A stretch of 64,000 nt of DNA from Alphaproteobacteria bacterium (GCA_965262775.1 CBDHFT010000006.1:323437-387436), one strand, 5' to 3'; counted from the stretch's first letter, positions 40,045-51,079 are shown. Made by a program: numbers and translations. Notes: a model not told the origin generated them from the letters alone.

Positions 40045-41259
40045 TTAGGAGCGATAGTCGGCATTAATATCGATATAGCCATGGGTTAAATCGCAAGTGA
40101 AGACCCGCGCCGCGGCCTTGCCATCATTCATCACCACTTTAATATTGATGTCGCGGGTTTTTAAATATTGCGACACCGCGGCTTCGTCATAATTTTTAAC
40201 CGCGGCGCCATGGCTGGCCACCAAATAATCGCCAAAATAAATTTCAAATTTGTTGGGGTTGAGAGCAACCCCTGCCTTACCAATGGCCATGACAACGCGC
40301 CCCCAATTGGCGTCGGCCCCCGCTACCGCGGTTTTTACCAACGGCGAATTGGCAATGCTGAAGGCAATTTGCTTGGCGGCCTTGGCGGTTTTGCTTTTGC
40401 AAACCTCAACCGTGATTAATTTTTCCGCCCCCTCGCCATCGCGAACAATTTGCAAAGCCAGGTCATGGCATAGGCTGGTCAGGGCAGCGGTTATTGTTTT
40501 TGCCTGCGCTGGGGTCAATGTTTTTTTAGCCTCGGGCGCAAATATTAATAAAGTGTCGGATGTCGATGTGTCGCTGTCGACCGTGATAGCGTTGAAGGTT
40601 TGGTCAACGATAATCCGCAAGGTGCTTTGCAACCATTTTTTGGGTAAGGGGTAATCGGTTGCCATAAAACACAACATGGTTGCCATGTTGGGGGCTATCA
40701 TGCCGCTGCCCTTTGCCATACCATTCAGGTGATATTTTTTACCATCCAGCATGATTTCGCGCGTTGCCATTTTGGGGAAAGTATCGGTGGTGCATATGGC
40801 GCGTGCCCCCGCCAACCAATCGCTGGGGCGCAATTTTGGCAATTGTTCGGACACCGCGTTTTCTGGCAATATAGTGCCGATGATACCGGTCGAGGCAACA
40901 AAAATTTCTTTGCTGGTCGCCGTTATTTTTTTTGCCACGGCTTTGGCGGTTGTTTCCACCAACGCCGTGCCTGCTTTACCCGTGAAGGCATTGGCATGGC
41001 CAGCATTGCATATCACGCCGCGCGCATGACGATCTTGAAGGTTTTTTTGACACCATATAACGGGGGGTGCCTTCGTGGTTGATTGGGTAAAAACCCCCGC
41101 GGCAATAAATTTTTTTTCCGCGGATAACTTCATCAACATCACATCGTCGCGTTCTTTGTAACGCAGTCCGCTATGGCAAGTGAATATCTCCACGCCATCG
41201 ATGCTGGGCATGGTGGGTAAGGCTTGCGGGGCGAGGGGTGATATTTTATTGCTCATCAT
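40045..41259 (-). CDS. argJ: bifunctional glutamate N-acetyltransferase / amino-acid acetyltransferase
   Basis: ArgJ family with the ATML self-cleavage site region (ATMLCFMATD). Start chosen at the Met just before ...SPLAPQALPTMPSIDGV. Confidence 0.85.
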   Translation of the reverse strand: MMSNKISPLAPQALPTMPSIDGVEIFTCHSGLRYKERDDVMLMKLSAEKKFIAAGVFTQSTTKAPPVIWCQKNLQDRHARGVICNAGHANAFTGKAGTALVETTAKAVAKKITATSKEIFVASTGIIGTILPENAVSEQLPKLRPSDWLAGARAICTTDTFPKMATREIMLDGKKYHLNGMAKGSGMIAPNMATMLCFMATDYPLPKKWLQSTLRIIVDQTFNAITVDSDTSTSDTLLIFAPEAKKTLTPAQAKTITAALTSLCHDLALQIVRDGEGAEKLITVEVCKSKTAKAAKQIAFSIANSPLVKTAVAGADANWGRVVMAIGKAGVALNPNKFEIYFGDYLVASHGAAVKNYDEAAVSQYLKTRDINIKVVMNDGKAAARVFTCDLTHGYIDINADYRS

Positions 41260-42163
41260 TTTTTTCTGGTTCATTTTGGGGGCGTTGAAAGGTAACGGGC
41301 GTTTCTTTGTTGTTTTTATCAATAAGCACGATATTGGATTGATTGGCGCGTTGTAATATTTTTTCGCGCGCAATTTTTTCACGCTCCAGCAATATCAAAC
41401 CCTCTTTGCTTTTATCAAAACTGGGGGCATTGCCTGTTTTTTTATCCAACAATTTTATAACATGCACCAAGCCTTGGCTTTTAACGGGGGCATTGGTAAA
41501 TTCATTTTTGTTCAACGATGCCACCACCAGGGCCAAGCTGGGTGGCAATTGTTCGGCACTAACAAAACCCATGTCGCCGCCTTGCGCCGATTTGTTAAGG
41601 CTATATTTTTTGGCAAGGCTGGCAAAGGACGCGCCCGATTTTAGCTGTTTGATGATATTCACCGCTTCGGCCTCGCTCGAAACCACAATGATTGCGGGGC
41701 GGTAAAGCACGGGTTGGGCGCGGGCATTAAGAAAGCTTTGATAGGTCGCCCGCCATTCCTTATCGCTTTTATTGGGAACGATTAATTGGCTACGCCACGC
41801 CGCTATCATCATTTCTTTTTTATAATTGGCCAGGTCAACCGCCGATTGTTTGGCCAGGTTATTTATTTGCTGGTTAATATTTTCATCGCGGTCCAATTTT
41901 TTTTCAACAGCCCATTCAAAACTTAATTGTTGCGCAATGATGTCGTTGACGGCTTGGTTATATAATTTTTCTTGATTTTTTTCGCCGTCGCGTGCGGCAA
42001 GAATTTTCATGGCCTGCACGATAGCCGATTGCCGAATTTCTTGTTGGTTGATTCTCAACACCACGGGGTCGGCGGCATTATCACTGGCGCCGCTGGCCAC
42101 GCCACCGCCCGCCGCCAGCCCAAGCAATAATATAAAGGCAAATATACAAAATTTTTTCTTCAT
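41246..42163 (-). CDS. periplasmic parvulin-type peptidyl-prolyl cis-trans isomerase (SurA/PpiC-like)
   Basis: Signal peptide, then a rotamase motif ASFASLAKKYSLNKSAQGGDMGFV. Confidence 0.7.
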   Translation of the reverse strand: MKKKFCIFAFILLLGLAAGGGVASGASDNAADPVVLRINQQEIRQSAIVQAMKILAARDGEKNQEKLYNQAVNDIIAQQLSFEWAVEKKLDRDENINQQINNLAKQSAVDLANYKKEMMIAAWRSQLIVPNKSDKEWRATYQSFLNARAQPVLYRPAIIVVSSEAEAVNIIKQLKSGASFASLAKKYSLNKSAQGGDMGFVSAEQLPPSLALVVASLNKNEFTNAPVKSQGLVHVIKLLDKKTGNAPSFDKSKEGLILLEREKIAREKILQRANQSNIVLIDKNNKETPVTFQRPQNEPEKNDEQ

Positions 42164-43230
42164 GCCCTGTTCATACCAATTTTTGTTGGCAACAATCTAG
42201 CAAAATCGCCAGGCAAATCGCCAGCGGAATCCTTGGTAAAATAAGACAAGGGGAAGTGGGCAGGCGGCGGCGCATGGTAGGTTTTGATGGTGGTTTTTTT
42301 GTCGCCCTGCCTGTCGTCTTGCTTTACAGCCAGTTCCAAATGTAATTCCAAAGCATGCAGCAGAAGATTATTGCCTACGATTTTGCCAAGCTCGGCGGGC
42401 AGGGGAGCCTTATCGCCATATTTCCTATCACCCACAATGGGAAACCCGACATGGGAAAGATGGGCGCGTAATTGATGTTTACGCCCGCTGAAAGGGTTGC
42501 ATTGCAGCAGGTATATTTTCTTACCATCGGCATGTCTTTCGGCCAGGATTTTTACATGGGTTACAGCCGACAAACCATCGGGGTCATCGATGGAGGTCGC
42601 CGTCATTTTTTCCATGTTTTTGTGGGTGTCTTGTTTAAGCGGCGCATCGATGATGTTTGGCAATGTTGTTTCGGCGTTCGCCATGACAACCGCCAAATAA
42701 GTTTTTTTTATGTCATGGCCATGGAATTGCGCGGTTAGGATTTGCGCCATCTCTCGCCCGCGCGCTAATATCATAACGCCCGATGTATCCTTATCAAGGC
42801 GGTGCACCAATTTGTATGTTTGGTTGGCTTGGCCGCGCAATATATCGCGATTAATCGCCATAAGCCAATCATCAAGCGAGGTGCGAATCCCGCTGCCCCC
42901 CTGCACGGCGAGGCCAGCAGGCTTATTAATAATTTGATAATCGCGCCGCTCAGCAATGGTAATACGCTGCAATTTTTTTAATGCTTCTTCGCCATTCATG
43001 GTTGTGGCGGTGGGTGGTGGAGCATCCATAAAATGCGGCGGGGGCAATTTTAATTTGTCATCAATTTGTAATATGTCGGTTGGCAAGATTTTTTTGCCGT
43101 TCAATTTTACCTCCCCCTTGCGCAGCCAGGTTTGCACCAGTGGGTAGGGCAGGTGAGGGTAATGGTTTTTAAAAAACTGCTTGATGTTCAAGCCCGCCAA
43201 TTTTTTATCAACCTGAATAATATGCGCCAT
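42160..43230 (-). CDS. rluC: RluA-family 23S rRNA pseudouridine synthase (RluC/RluD-like)
   Basis: S4-like N-terminal domain, then HRLDKDTSG and GRKHQLRAH motifs. Confidence 0.75.
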   Translation of the reverse strand: MAHIIQVDKKLAGLNIKQFFKNHYPHLPYPLVQTWLRKGEVKLNGKKILPTDILQIDDKLKLPPPHFMDAPPPTATTMNGEEALKKLQRITIAERRDYQIINKPAGLAVQGGSGIRTSLDDWLMAINRDILRGQANQTYKLVHRLDKDTSGVMILARGREMAQILTAQFHGHDIKKTYLAVVMANAETTLPNIIDAPLKQDTHKNMEKMTATSIDDPDGLSAVTHVKILAERHADGKKIYLLQCNPFSGRKHQLRAHLSHVGFPIVGDRKYGDKAPLPAELGKIVGNNLLLHALELHLELAVKQDDRQGDKKTTIKTYHAPPPAHFPLSYFTKDSAGDLPGDFARLLPTKIGMNRA

Positions 43231-43235
43231 GATAT

Positions 43236-44213
43236 TTATATTGCTTGGAAAGATGATTGCGATGGGGTTTGTTTTTCAAACAATGGCTGCAGTTGCCCAC
43301 GATACCATGTTGCCTGCCGCTTGGCATATTGACGGGTTTCGATAATAATATGGTCTTGTAATTTTTCCATGGTAATATTACCTGCAAGGTAATTTTCGAT
43401 GGCGTGGGCGCCGATGGTTTTTTTGATGGGTAAATCTTGATGGTTGGCTGGGGATTGGTTTAAAAAATCTTGATATTCTGCAATGGCACCCCGCGCCAAT
43501 ATTTGCATGGTGCGTTGCGCGATGTTGTTTAATAACTGTTCGCGTGGCGGCGCAAGATAATAATAATCTATCTTAGCATGGGGGAAGGAATCCAAAAAAC
43601 CGCCGCGTGGTTTAACCGCTTGCCAGGCCGACAATGGCTGCCCCGTCGCCATCAATATCGACAGGGCGCGGATAATTCTTGTCTTATCATTCTTTGCCAA
43701 TTTTTGCGCGGTTGCGGGGTCGTGGGCAAGCAATTGTTGATAATAGTCTTGTAATTTTTCTGGGTTGGTTGCCAAGGCTTCCATCAAATTATTTTTTATT
43801 TCTGGGGGCACATGGGGCATGGGGCTTAGGCCCGTAAGAAAAGTTTTTATATAAAGGCCACTGCCCCCCACCAGGATAGGCAAGTGGTTTTGCGTAAAAC
43901 AATTTTGCACCTCGGCCAGGGCAAGGGTTAGCCAATTGACGACATTGCTTTCTTCCTGTGCCGATAAAAAACCATAGAGCCTATGGGGGCAAATTTTTTT
44001 ATCATCGGCATTGGGTTGCGCCGATAGCAGCGGCAGGTCATGATACTGCTGCAACGCGTCGGCATTGATAATAACGGGCAGGGTTGCGGCACTATTTTTT
44101 TTATCATTTTTTTGCGACAATATTTTTTTCGCCATGTCTATCGCAAATTGCGTTTTGCCCGACGCCGTGGGGCCATAGATAACGACAATGTTATGGGTAT
44201 GGGCGTGCTTCAT
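43236..44213 (-). CDS. miaA: tRNA dimethylallyltransferase
   Basis: P-loop GPTASGKT and a MiaA core; 325 aa. Confidence 0.88.
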   Translation of the reverse strand: MKHAHTHNIVVIYGPTASGKTQFAIDMAKKILSQKNDKKNSAATLPVIINADALQQYHDLPLLSAQPNADDKKICPHRLYGFLSAQEESNVVNWLTLALAEVQNCFTQNHLPILVGGSGLYIKTFLTGLSPMPHVPPEIKNNLMEALATNPEKLQDYYQQLLAHDPATAQKLAKNDKTRIIRALSILMATGQPLSAWQAVKPRGGFLDSFPHAKIDYYYLAPPREQLLNNIAQRTMQILARGAIAEYQDFLNQSPANHQDLPIKKTIGAHAIENYLAGNITMEKLQDHIIIETRQYAKRQATWYRGQLQPLFEKQTPSQSSFQAI

Positions 44214-44251
44214 TTTTTTGTAATTTTATCCGCCATTTTTTTGCGATGATA

Positions 44252-45172
44252 TTATTGCGCAAACAGGCTTTTTGCAAATTGCGCGGCATCGAATTGATCA
44301 ATGTCCTCGGGGCATTCCCCCACCCCCAGGGCATAAAGTGGCAAGCCATGTTTTTGCAGGATGGATAGCACCATCCCGCCCTTCGCCAATCCATCCATTT
44401 TGGTTATCACCATACCCGTCAGGGGGGCGACCTTCTGAAACATTTCAACCTGGGTGCTGGCATTTTGCCCCGTGGTAGCATCCAGCGTGATAAGGCAGGC
44501 ATGGGGCAGGTTGGGGTCAATTTTTTTTAATACCCTGACTATTTTTTCTAACTCCGCCATCAAATTGCTGTTGGTATGCAACCGCCCCGCGGTGTCAATC
44601 AAAACAACTTCATGCCCCTGCGCCAGGGCATGGTTGTAACCGCCGTGGGCAATGGCGGCGGGGTCGGTGCTGTTTTGTTTTTCACCATCCCAATAATCGA
44701 CTTGTAATTTTTTGGCCCAGGATATTAATTGGCTGCTGCCCGCGGCGCGAAAACTATCGCCCGCCACCAACAATGTTTTTAAACCCGCGACTTGGGCAAG
44801 GGCGGTTAATTTAGCCAGGGTGGTGGTCTTCCCCGTGCCATTGACCCCCACCATCAACAAGACCGTGGGCTTGGCGTCCGACTCCAGAGAAAACAGGTCG
44901 TCAATTTTTTTTTCAAACGGCGATATCATGGCGGTGATGATGTTGATAATTTTTGCGGTGGCATCCTCGCTCGATTCAATATTGCTGGGCAATTTATCAA
45001 CAATGGTTTGCGCCAATTTTGGCGGAATATCAGCCATGATTAAGGCATCGACCAAATGGCGGGCGATATCTTGCCAATTTTTATTTCCTTTTTTGAATCC
45101 TGCCTTCAGGGCGGATGCCAATTGGTTGCCGCTGGGTTGCAGTGCCTGTTGTAATTTTTTTAAAAAACTCAT
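44252..45172 (-). CDS. ftsY: signal recognition particle receptor FtsY (short form, NG domain only)
   Basis: SRP54-type GTPase motifs GVNGTGKTTT, DTAGR, and TKMDG (motif IV). Confidence 0.88.
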   Translation of the reverse strand: MSFLKKLQQALQPSGNQLASALKAGFKKGNKNWQDIARHLVDALIMADIPPKLAQTIVDKLPSNIESSEDATAKIINIITAMISPFEKKIDDLFSLESDAKPTVLLMVGVNGTGKTTTLAKLTALAQVAGLKTLLVAGDSFRAAGSSQLISWAKKLQVDYWDGEKQNSTDPAAIAHGGYNHALAQGHEVVLIDTAGRLHTNSNLMAELEKIVRVLKKIDPNLPHACLITLDATTGQNASTQVEMFQKVAPLTGMVITKMDGLAKGGMVLSILQKHGLPLYALGVGECPEDIDQFDAAQFAKSLFAQ

Positions 45173-45222
45173 GGATTATTTTTTGCTGATGTTACATAAT
45201 ATCGGGTGATGCCTAAAACGAA

Positions 45223-46605
45223 TTATAACACGATGTTGGCCATCAAGCCATCTTGATTGACGCCGACAATTTTGACCGATAAAATTTGATTGGGTGAGAA
45301 GGGGGCAGAGAGATGGGGTGCAGAATCTTGAGAAAACCCATTTGCTTCATCAAGCGTCACGGTAATAAAACCAAATTGTTCATTATGCCCCGCCAATTTA
45401 TCGGGGGTCACGGTTTCAACCAGCAATTGCTGCCTGTTACCAACCTGGCTTTTTTGCCATTGCAACAAATTGTTGGCGCAAACATGGCGCAATATTTGGG
45501 CGCGCTGTTTGCGGGTGGCAAGGCTAACCTTGTTTTTTATATTGGCGGCGGGGGTAAATGGCCGTTCGGAATAGGGAAAGACATGGCCAAAGACGATAGG
45601 AATTTTTTGGATAAGGTCCACCGTATCTTGGAACATCGCCTCGCTTTCGGTGGGGAAGCCAGCGATGATGTCGGCGCCGAAAACTATCGCCCCATTGGCC
45701 GCCCGTAATTTATCAACCACGGTGATGATGTCTTGGCGCAGGTGGCGGCGTTTCATCCTTTTTAAAATCAGGTCGCTGCCCGATTGCAAAGACAAATGAA
45801 TATGCGGTAATAAACGCGGCTCGCTGGCAAATAATTCTATCAATTCATCGTCAATCTCGGCGGGGTCAAGCGACGACAGGCGCAAGCGCGGCAGGTTGGG
45901 CAAGGCGTCCAACAAATGGCGGATGAGGTAGGATAATTTTTTTACGCTGGATGATTCTGAATTATCCTCGCTACGCCAGCTGGCAATATCGACCCCCGTT
46001 AAAACAATTTCTTTGAAGCCATTAGCCAACATATTTTGCGCGCTGTGAATAACATGGTCGAGGCGATGCGAACGGCTGTTGCCGCGACCAAAGGGAATGA
46101 CGCAGAAGGTGCAACGGTGATTGCAACCATTTTGGATTTCTAAAAAACCCCGACTATGGTGGGTGTCATGCGACAAAAGGTGCGGCGAGAGTTCACGCAA
46201 AGTCATGATGTCGCCAACTTGCAATTTGTCATTCGATAAACGGTTGAGATTTTTCTTGGCTTGAATTTTTTCGCCATTGCCCCACACGGCGGATACGCCC
46301 GTTATTTTTTCATAACTGGCACCGTCAATCTGCGCGGCGCAACCCGTAACAATAATTTTTTTGTCGGGGTGGGCTTTGTGTTTTTTGCGAATGGTTTGTT
46401 TCACTTGCCTTTCGGCTTCGGCGGTAACGGCGCAAGAATTGATAACAATAATATCTTTTTCGCCGCGCAATTCTTGGCGTAAGATTGCCGATTCGTGATG
46501 ATTAAGGCGGCAACCGAACGATATAACCTCGGCTTCATGGCCTGCTTGGTTGCTTGGCGATTGGGGCAATTGGGGGATTTGCGGCGGAGATATTTTTTCT
46601 GTCAT
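45223..46605 (-). CDS. mtaB: MiaB-like tRNA methylthiotransferase (MtaB-type)
   Basis: UPF0004 domain, radical-SAM motif LEIQNGCNHRCTFCVIP, and a TRAM domain. Sits next to ftsY as in many alphaproteobacteria. Pro/Gln-rich N-terminus. Confidence 0.8.
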   Translation of the reverse strand: MTEKISPPQIPQLPQSPSNQAGHEAEVISFGCRLNHHESAILRQELRGEKDIIVINSCAVTAEAERQVKQTIRKKHKAHPDKKIIVTGCAAQIDGASYEKITGVSAVWGNGEKIQAKKNLNRLSNDKLQVGDIMTLRELSPHLLSHDTHHSRGFLEIQNGCNHRCTFCVIPFGRGNSRSHRLDHVIHSAQNMLANGFKEIVLTGVDIASWRSEDNSESSSVKKLSYLIRHLLDALPNLPRLRLSSLDPAEIDDELIELFASEPRLLPHIHLSLQSGSDLILKRMKRRHLRQDIITVVDKLRAANGAIVFGADIIAGFPTESEAMFQDTVDLIQKIPIVFGHVFPYSERPFTPAANIKNKVSLATRKQRAQILRHVCANNLLQWQKSQVGNRQQLLVETVTPDKLAGHNEQFGFITVTLDEANGFSQDSAPHLSAPFSPNQILSVKIVGVNQDGLMANIVL

Positions 46606-46616
46606 GGCTTTGAATA

Positions 46617-47603
46617 TTAATTAGTATAAAATTTTTTTCGTTGTTCGGCATCATCTATCTCTTGGCTGATGGATGGCAAGGCTTGGCGGATGGTTTTTGT
46701 CTGCCTAAACCAATTTTCTAATGTCTTGCCATCGCCCTGTTCCACGGCGGTGGTTAGGGCGGCTAGGTCATCCTTAAAACTTTCAAGTTGTTTAAGCACC
46801 GCAACCTTGTTGTTTAAAAAAATATCGCGCCACATAGTCGGGTCGGAAGCGGCGATGCGGGTGAAATCGCGCCAGCCCCCTGCGGAATATTTTATTACCT
46901 CCTGGCTTTGAACATTTTTTGTCGCGTTTTTTATTTGGTCTTCAAATGCCCGCGCCGTGCCCGTGATGGTGTAGGCTATAAGGTGCGGGATGTGCGAAGT
47001 AATAGCCAACACTTCATCGTGATGTTGCGGAGTCATGGCTTCAACCTTCGCCCCCACGGCTTCCCACATTTTTTTTATTTTGTCATAGGCATCCTTATCA
47101 TGGTTATCGGGTGGGGTAATAATACAAAACATATCTTGAAACAAATGCGCCATGCCACTTTCGGGGCCTGAAAATTCGGTGCCCGCGATGGGGTGGGCGG
47201 GCATAAGCCTTACCCTGTCGCTGCCATATTTTTTTGTGGCTTGTTCTATGATGGCAAGGGCCGAGCCCTTGACCGAACCAACATCTGATAATATCACTGT
47301 TTTGTTTGAGCGGGCGAGCAAACCACCAATCTGTTCCATGACGGCACTATATTGCCCCATGGGAACACACAGGATGACGGCGTCGGTATTTTCTATCGCC
47401 GCCATGGCATCGGTGGTGGCATGGGTGACGCATTGGACGGCTAGGCAACGTTTTGCCGTTTCTTCGCTCCTTACCAAACCGACCACTTCCTTCGCCAATT
47501 TTTTATGTAATATTGCACGCCCCAGCGAAGACCCGATGAGCCCCACCCCAACCAGGGTTATTTTTTCAAACAAATATTCTATGGTTTTACCGTCGCTTGT
47601 CAT
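46617..47603 (-). CDS. tyrC: prephenate / cyclohexadienyl dehydrogenase
   Basis: Rossmann motif VGVGLIGSS and a TyrA-family core; 328 aa. Confidence 0.8.
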   Translation of the reverse strand: MTSDGKTIEYLFEKITLVGVGLIGSSLGRAILHKKLAKEVVGLVRSEETAKRCLAVQCVTHATTDAMAAIENTDAVILCVPMGQYSAVMEQIGGLLARSNKTVILSDVGSVKGSALAIIEQATKKYGSDRVRLMPAHPIAGTEFSGPESGMAHLFQDMFCIITPPDNHDKDAYDKIKKMWEAVGAKVEAMTPQHHDEVLAITSHIPHLIAYTITGTARAFEDQIKNATKNVQSQEVIKYSAGGWRDFTRIAASDPTMWRDIFLNNKVAVLKQLESFKDDLAALTTAVEQGDGKTLENWFRQTKTIRQALPSISQEIDDAEQRKKFYTN

Positions 47604-47674
47604 GACAGCCTTCTAACCAAATTTGGCGATAAAAACAATCAAGGCTTTTGCGCCCTAGAAAAAAAAACCTAGGC

Positions 47675-48586
47675 TTACGCCCCTCGTGCGGGCATTTTTG
47701 GTTGCTGCATTTTGCGCAATGTCCAAATACTCACCACCAGCAAGACGATGATACCGCCCAGGATAGTTTGTGGTAAGGGCGATTGACCAAGCACCCACCA
47801 AACCAAAAGTGGCCCTATCAAGGTTTCTAACATAAATATAAGCAAGGTTTCTTCTGACGAGACAAAACGCGCAGCGTAGGATGTTAAAGAAAATGATAGG
47901 GCGGTGGTCAACAAAGCGTTGATGAACATTAAACCCATTTGCGCGCTGGTGGTGGTGCCCCAACTGACGAATGGCAGAGAAAAGAAACTGTTGCTACCCG
48001 CCAGAAGCAACACCACCAACAAAGGATGGGGGTGGTTTTTAACGGTTTGGAAAAAACTGTAATACATGGCGAGGAAGAAGGCCGCACCAAACGAACATAA
48101 TGCCCCGAACAATTTTGCTTCGCGCAAATTGTCGGCCATCACCAGGGCGATGCCCAAAAAAATGCCGATGGTCGCCAGCCAATTATCAATTGGTACTTTT
48201 TTCTTAAGGTAAAGGGCGGTGATGAGCGCGCCAATCAAGGGCGCCGATGATAGGATAATCAGATTGCTCGCCACCGTGCCATATTGCGTTCCCAAAATAA
48301 AAAAGAAGGAGGTAGCAGGGTAAATGAGGGTGATAGGATAGAATTCTTTTATTTTGGCCCAAAGCATGGCGGGGGTTTTTGCTAAGGAAGTTTTTTTGCC
48401 AAATACTTGGTGGCGATAAATAAACACCAATGGTAAAAATAATAAAACCATCATGCCGTTGCGAAAGAACATCAAATTGGCGGATGATTGCCCCGACATT
48501 AAGATAAGCAAGGAATCGGGGGTAATAAACAACACCCCCAATATTGTTAATAATAAACCGCGACGATAGGGGGTAAGAAACTTCAT
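47675..48586 (-). CDS. EamA/DMT family transporter
   Basis: 303 aa with about 10 TM segments and two EamA repeats. Confidence 0.7.
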   Translation of the reverse strand: MKFLTPYRRGLLLTILGVLFITPDSLLILMSGQSSANLMFFRNGMMVLLFLPLVFIYRHQVFGKKTSLAKTPAMLWAKIKEFYPITLIYPATSFFFILGTQYGTVASNLIILSSAPLIGALITALYLKKKVPIDNWLATIGIFLGIALVMADNLREAKLFGALCSFGAAFFLAMYYSFFQTVKNHPHPLLVVLLLAGSNSFFSLPFVSWGTTTSAQMGLMFINALLTTALSFSLTSYAARFVSSEETLLIFMLETLIGPLLVWWVLGQSPLPQTILGGIIVLLVVSIWTLRKMQQPKMPARGA

Positions 48587-48657
48587 GAAGGTAGCAGGTA
48601 ATAATTTTGGTTTATTTTTATTTGCTCTATCCCAAAACGGTGAAACAAGTCAAATGC

Positions 48658-49491
48658 TTAGCTACCCAATTGGGTGCGAGCGATGGAGACGCCAATGACT
48701 TCCTTAACCCCATTTTTTTTTAACAATTCGGCCAGATGGTGCATGGTGGCGCAGGTTGTTACCACATCATCGACCAAAATAATTTTTTTATGGCGTATTT
48801 CTTCCCAGCCTGCATGGGGTTTGCTTTGCGAATTTTTCTGCTTGGTTATTTTACTATTTAAAGCAAAGGCGTTTTTTAATTGCCGCCAGCGGGCATCGCG
48901 CCCAATATTTTTTTGACTGATAGGCAGGGTGCGAATCAACAGCGACGTCAGCAATGATATGTTTATTAATTTTGATAAGGGCCTGGCCAAAACCTCGGCT
49001 TGGTTATATTTTCGTTTGAGGGTTCTTTTGATATGGCTCGGCACGGGCAAAATAAGATAATCATCGGGCTGGGTAATATATGGTTTTAACGCGGCTGATA
49101 AATGATAAGAAAAAAATCGGCTTAGGGCTAAATCGTCAGCGTATTTTAATTTTAATATTAAGGATATCAGCGGTTCACGATAAAGGAAGGGCGCGACTAT
49201 TTTATCCACCGCCAGCGGGCGTTGTTGGCAAGTGAAGCAGAGGTTAGCCAGATTATTATTTATTCGGTCGTCAGCAACGGGAACAGGCAAGGGATAGGCG
49301 CAAGCAACACAATGATGGGCGGGCAAAAACGGTAGATGAGGCCAACAATCAACGCACACCCCATGGGGTGTTTCGATATGCAGGGTTTGTTGGCACAGCG
49401 GGCATAGCGGCGTGTAAACAATACCCGCCAAACGCCGCGCCGCGCGCCGTGTTAACAACCAGCAAGACCAAAGGAAACCAAAACGGGGCAT
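48658..49491 (-). CDS. comF: ComF family phosphoribosyltransferase-domain protein
   Basis: N-terminal Cys-rich zinc-finger-like region and a C-terminal PRTase motif ILVDDVVTTCATM. Confidence 0.75.
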   Translation of the reverse strand: MPRFGFLWSCWLLTRRAARRLAGIVYTPLCPLCQQTLHIETPHGVCVDCWPHLPFLPAHHCVACAYPLPVPVADDRINNNLANLCFTCQQRPLAVDKIVAPFLYREPLISLILKLKYADDLALSRFFSYHLSAALKPYITQPDDYLILPVPSHIKRTLKRKYNQAEVLARPLSKLINISLLTSLLIRTLPISQKNIGRDARWRQLKNAFALNSKITKQKNSQSKPHAGWEEIRHKKIILVDDVVTTCATMHHLAELLKKNGVKEVIGVSIARTQLGS

Positions 49492-49564
49492 GATTTTTGA
49501 AAGAATGAAAGAAAAGATTGTTATTTAAGCGATAAAAGATTAAATAGATTAAAGAAAGAAATCA

Positions 49565-51058
49565 ATGGTTGCTTCTAGTTTTTTGACCAAGCTACAAACC
49601 ATCATGGCGCGCGCGCGGGTGTTGGTGGTGGGCGATGTCATGTTGGATAGTTATATTTATGGTTTGGTGGAGCGTATTTCGCAAGAAGCCCCGATACCCG
49701 TGCTTAGCCAAACGGGCGCAACCGAATATCGCCCAGGCGGTGCCGCCAATGTTGCCTGTAACATCATGGCCATGGGGGCGGGGGTTTCGCTGGTTGGGTT
49801 GATGGGCGATGACGCGCCAGGCCAGCAATTGGAAGCATGTTTAAAAAAATTGGCGAAAGAATTATCAAACAAATTATCGCTGGATAATCAACTCTATGAT
49901 GGTTTTTTTATAAAACAATCCGACCGCCCGACTACCGAAAAAACCCGCTATATTGCCAACAAACAACAGATGTTGCGTCTAGACCGCGAAAATATTCGCC
50001 CGATTGATAAAAAAACAGCCGAGCAATTGTTAGAAGTAATTGAAAAAAAATTGCCCGATGTCGGGGCGGTGATATTATCCGATTATGGCAAGGGATTGTT
50101 GACCGATAGTTTTTTGCAGGATGTCATCAAGATGGTGAAGGGAAAAAACTTGCCCGTGGTGGTCGACCCCAAGGGGAACGATTTTAAAAAATATCAGGGG
50201 GCGGATTACATAACCCCCAATCGCCAAGAATTACACCAAGCCACCAAATTGGCAACCAAAACCACCGACCAGGTGATTGCTGCCAGTTATGAATTAATCG
50301 CCAGTGTGGGATTACAGGGCGTCCTCGCCACAAGGTCGGAGGAGGGATTGTCATTGATAAGAACATCGCCCGATAAAAAAAATATCATTGCCCATTTTAA
50401 AACCGACGCGCGCGAAGTATTTGATGTGGCTGGCGCGGGCGACACGGTGGTGGCGATTTTTGCCGCGGGTTTGGCGGCGGGTTTGCCGTCAATTTTTGCG
50501 GCGCGTTTGGCCAATGCGGGCGGCGGCGTGGTGGTTGGAAAACGCGGCACGGCCGAGGCCAACCTTACCGAGATTATCGCCATGATATATTCATCGATAG
50601 AGCATGGCGAATATAACCCGAACGAGGGCGAGGCCTTGGCAAAAATTTCGCAATGGAAAAAAATGGGCAAAAAAATTGTGGTCGCCAATGGATGCTTCGA
50701 TATGTTGCACGATGGCCATGTTAGCCTGCTGCAACAGGCGCGGGAGCAAGGCGATGAATTGGTGGTGTTGATAAACAGCGATGATTCGGTGGCGCGGTTA
50801 AAAGGGGCGAGCCGACCATTTCAACCGTGCCAGGTTCGCGCCGATGCGCTGTTAGGCCTGGCGGAGGTTTCGCAAGTTATTCCATTTGAAGAAGACACGC
50901 CCGCCGATATTATAAAAAAAATCAAACCCGATGTGTTGGTGAAGGGCGATGATTACGCGGGCAAAGATATTGTCGGCGCGAAAGATTCGGGGCGGGTTTA
51001 TTTGGCCAAGTTAAAAAATGGTTTTTCAACCAGCAATATTTTAAAAGATTTGATTTGA
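49565..51058 (+). CDS. hldE: bifunctional D-glycero-beta-D-manno-heptose-7-phosphate kinase / heptose-1-phosphate adenylyltransferase
   Basis: PfkB-type kinase N-domain (VLVVGDVMLDSY, DVAGAGDT) and a cytidylyltransferase C-domain (GCFDMLHDGH). Confidence 0.88.
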   Translation: MVASSFLTKLQTIMARARVLVVGDVMLDSYIYGLVERISQEAPIPVLSQTGATEYRPGGAANVACNIMAMGAGVSLVGLMGDDAPGQQLEACLKKLAKELSNKLSLDNQLYDGFFIKQSDRPTTEKTRYIANKQQMLRLDRENIRPIDKKTAEQLLEVIEKKLPDVGAVILSDYGKGLLTDSFLQDVIKMVKGKNLPVVVDPKGNDFKKYQGADYITPNRQELHQATKLATKTTDQVIAASYELIASVGLQGVLATRSEEGLSLIRTSPDKKNIIAHFKTDAREVFDVAGAGDTVVAIFAAGLAAGLPSIFAARLANAGGGVVVGKRGTAEANLTEIIAMIYSSIEHGEYNPNEGEALAKISQWKKMGKKIVVANGCFDMLHDGHVSLLQQAREQGDELVVLINSDDSVARLKGASRPFQPCQVRADALLGLAEVSQVIPFEEDTPADIIKKIKPDVLVKGDDYAGKDIVGAKDSGRVYLAKLKNGFSTSNILKDLI

Positions 51059-51079
51059 AGCCACAAGGCGGTTGGCAAA

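Noticed and set aside
47655-47963. 102-aa minus-strand ORF overlapping the 3' part of the EamA transporter gene
   Set aside because: It is in an alternative frame of a well-supported 10-TM transporter gene and has no features.
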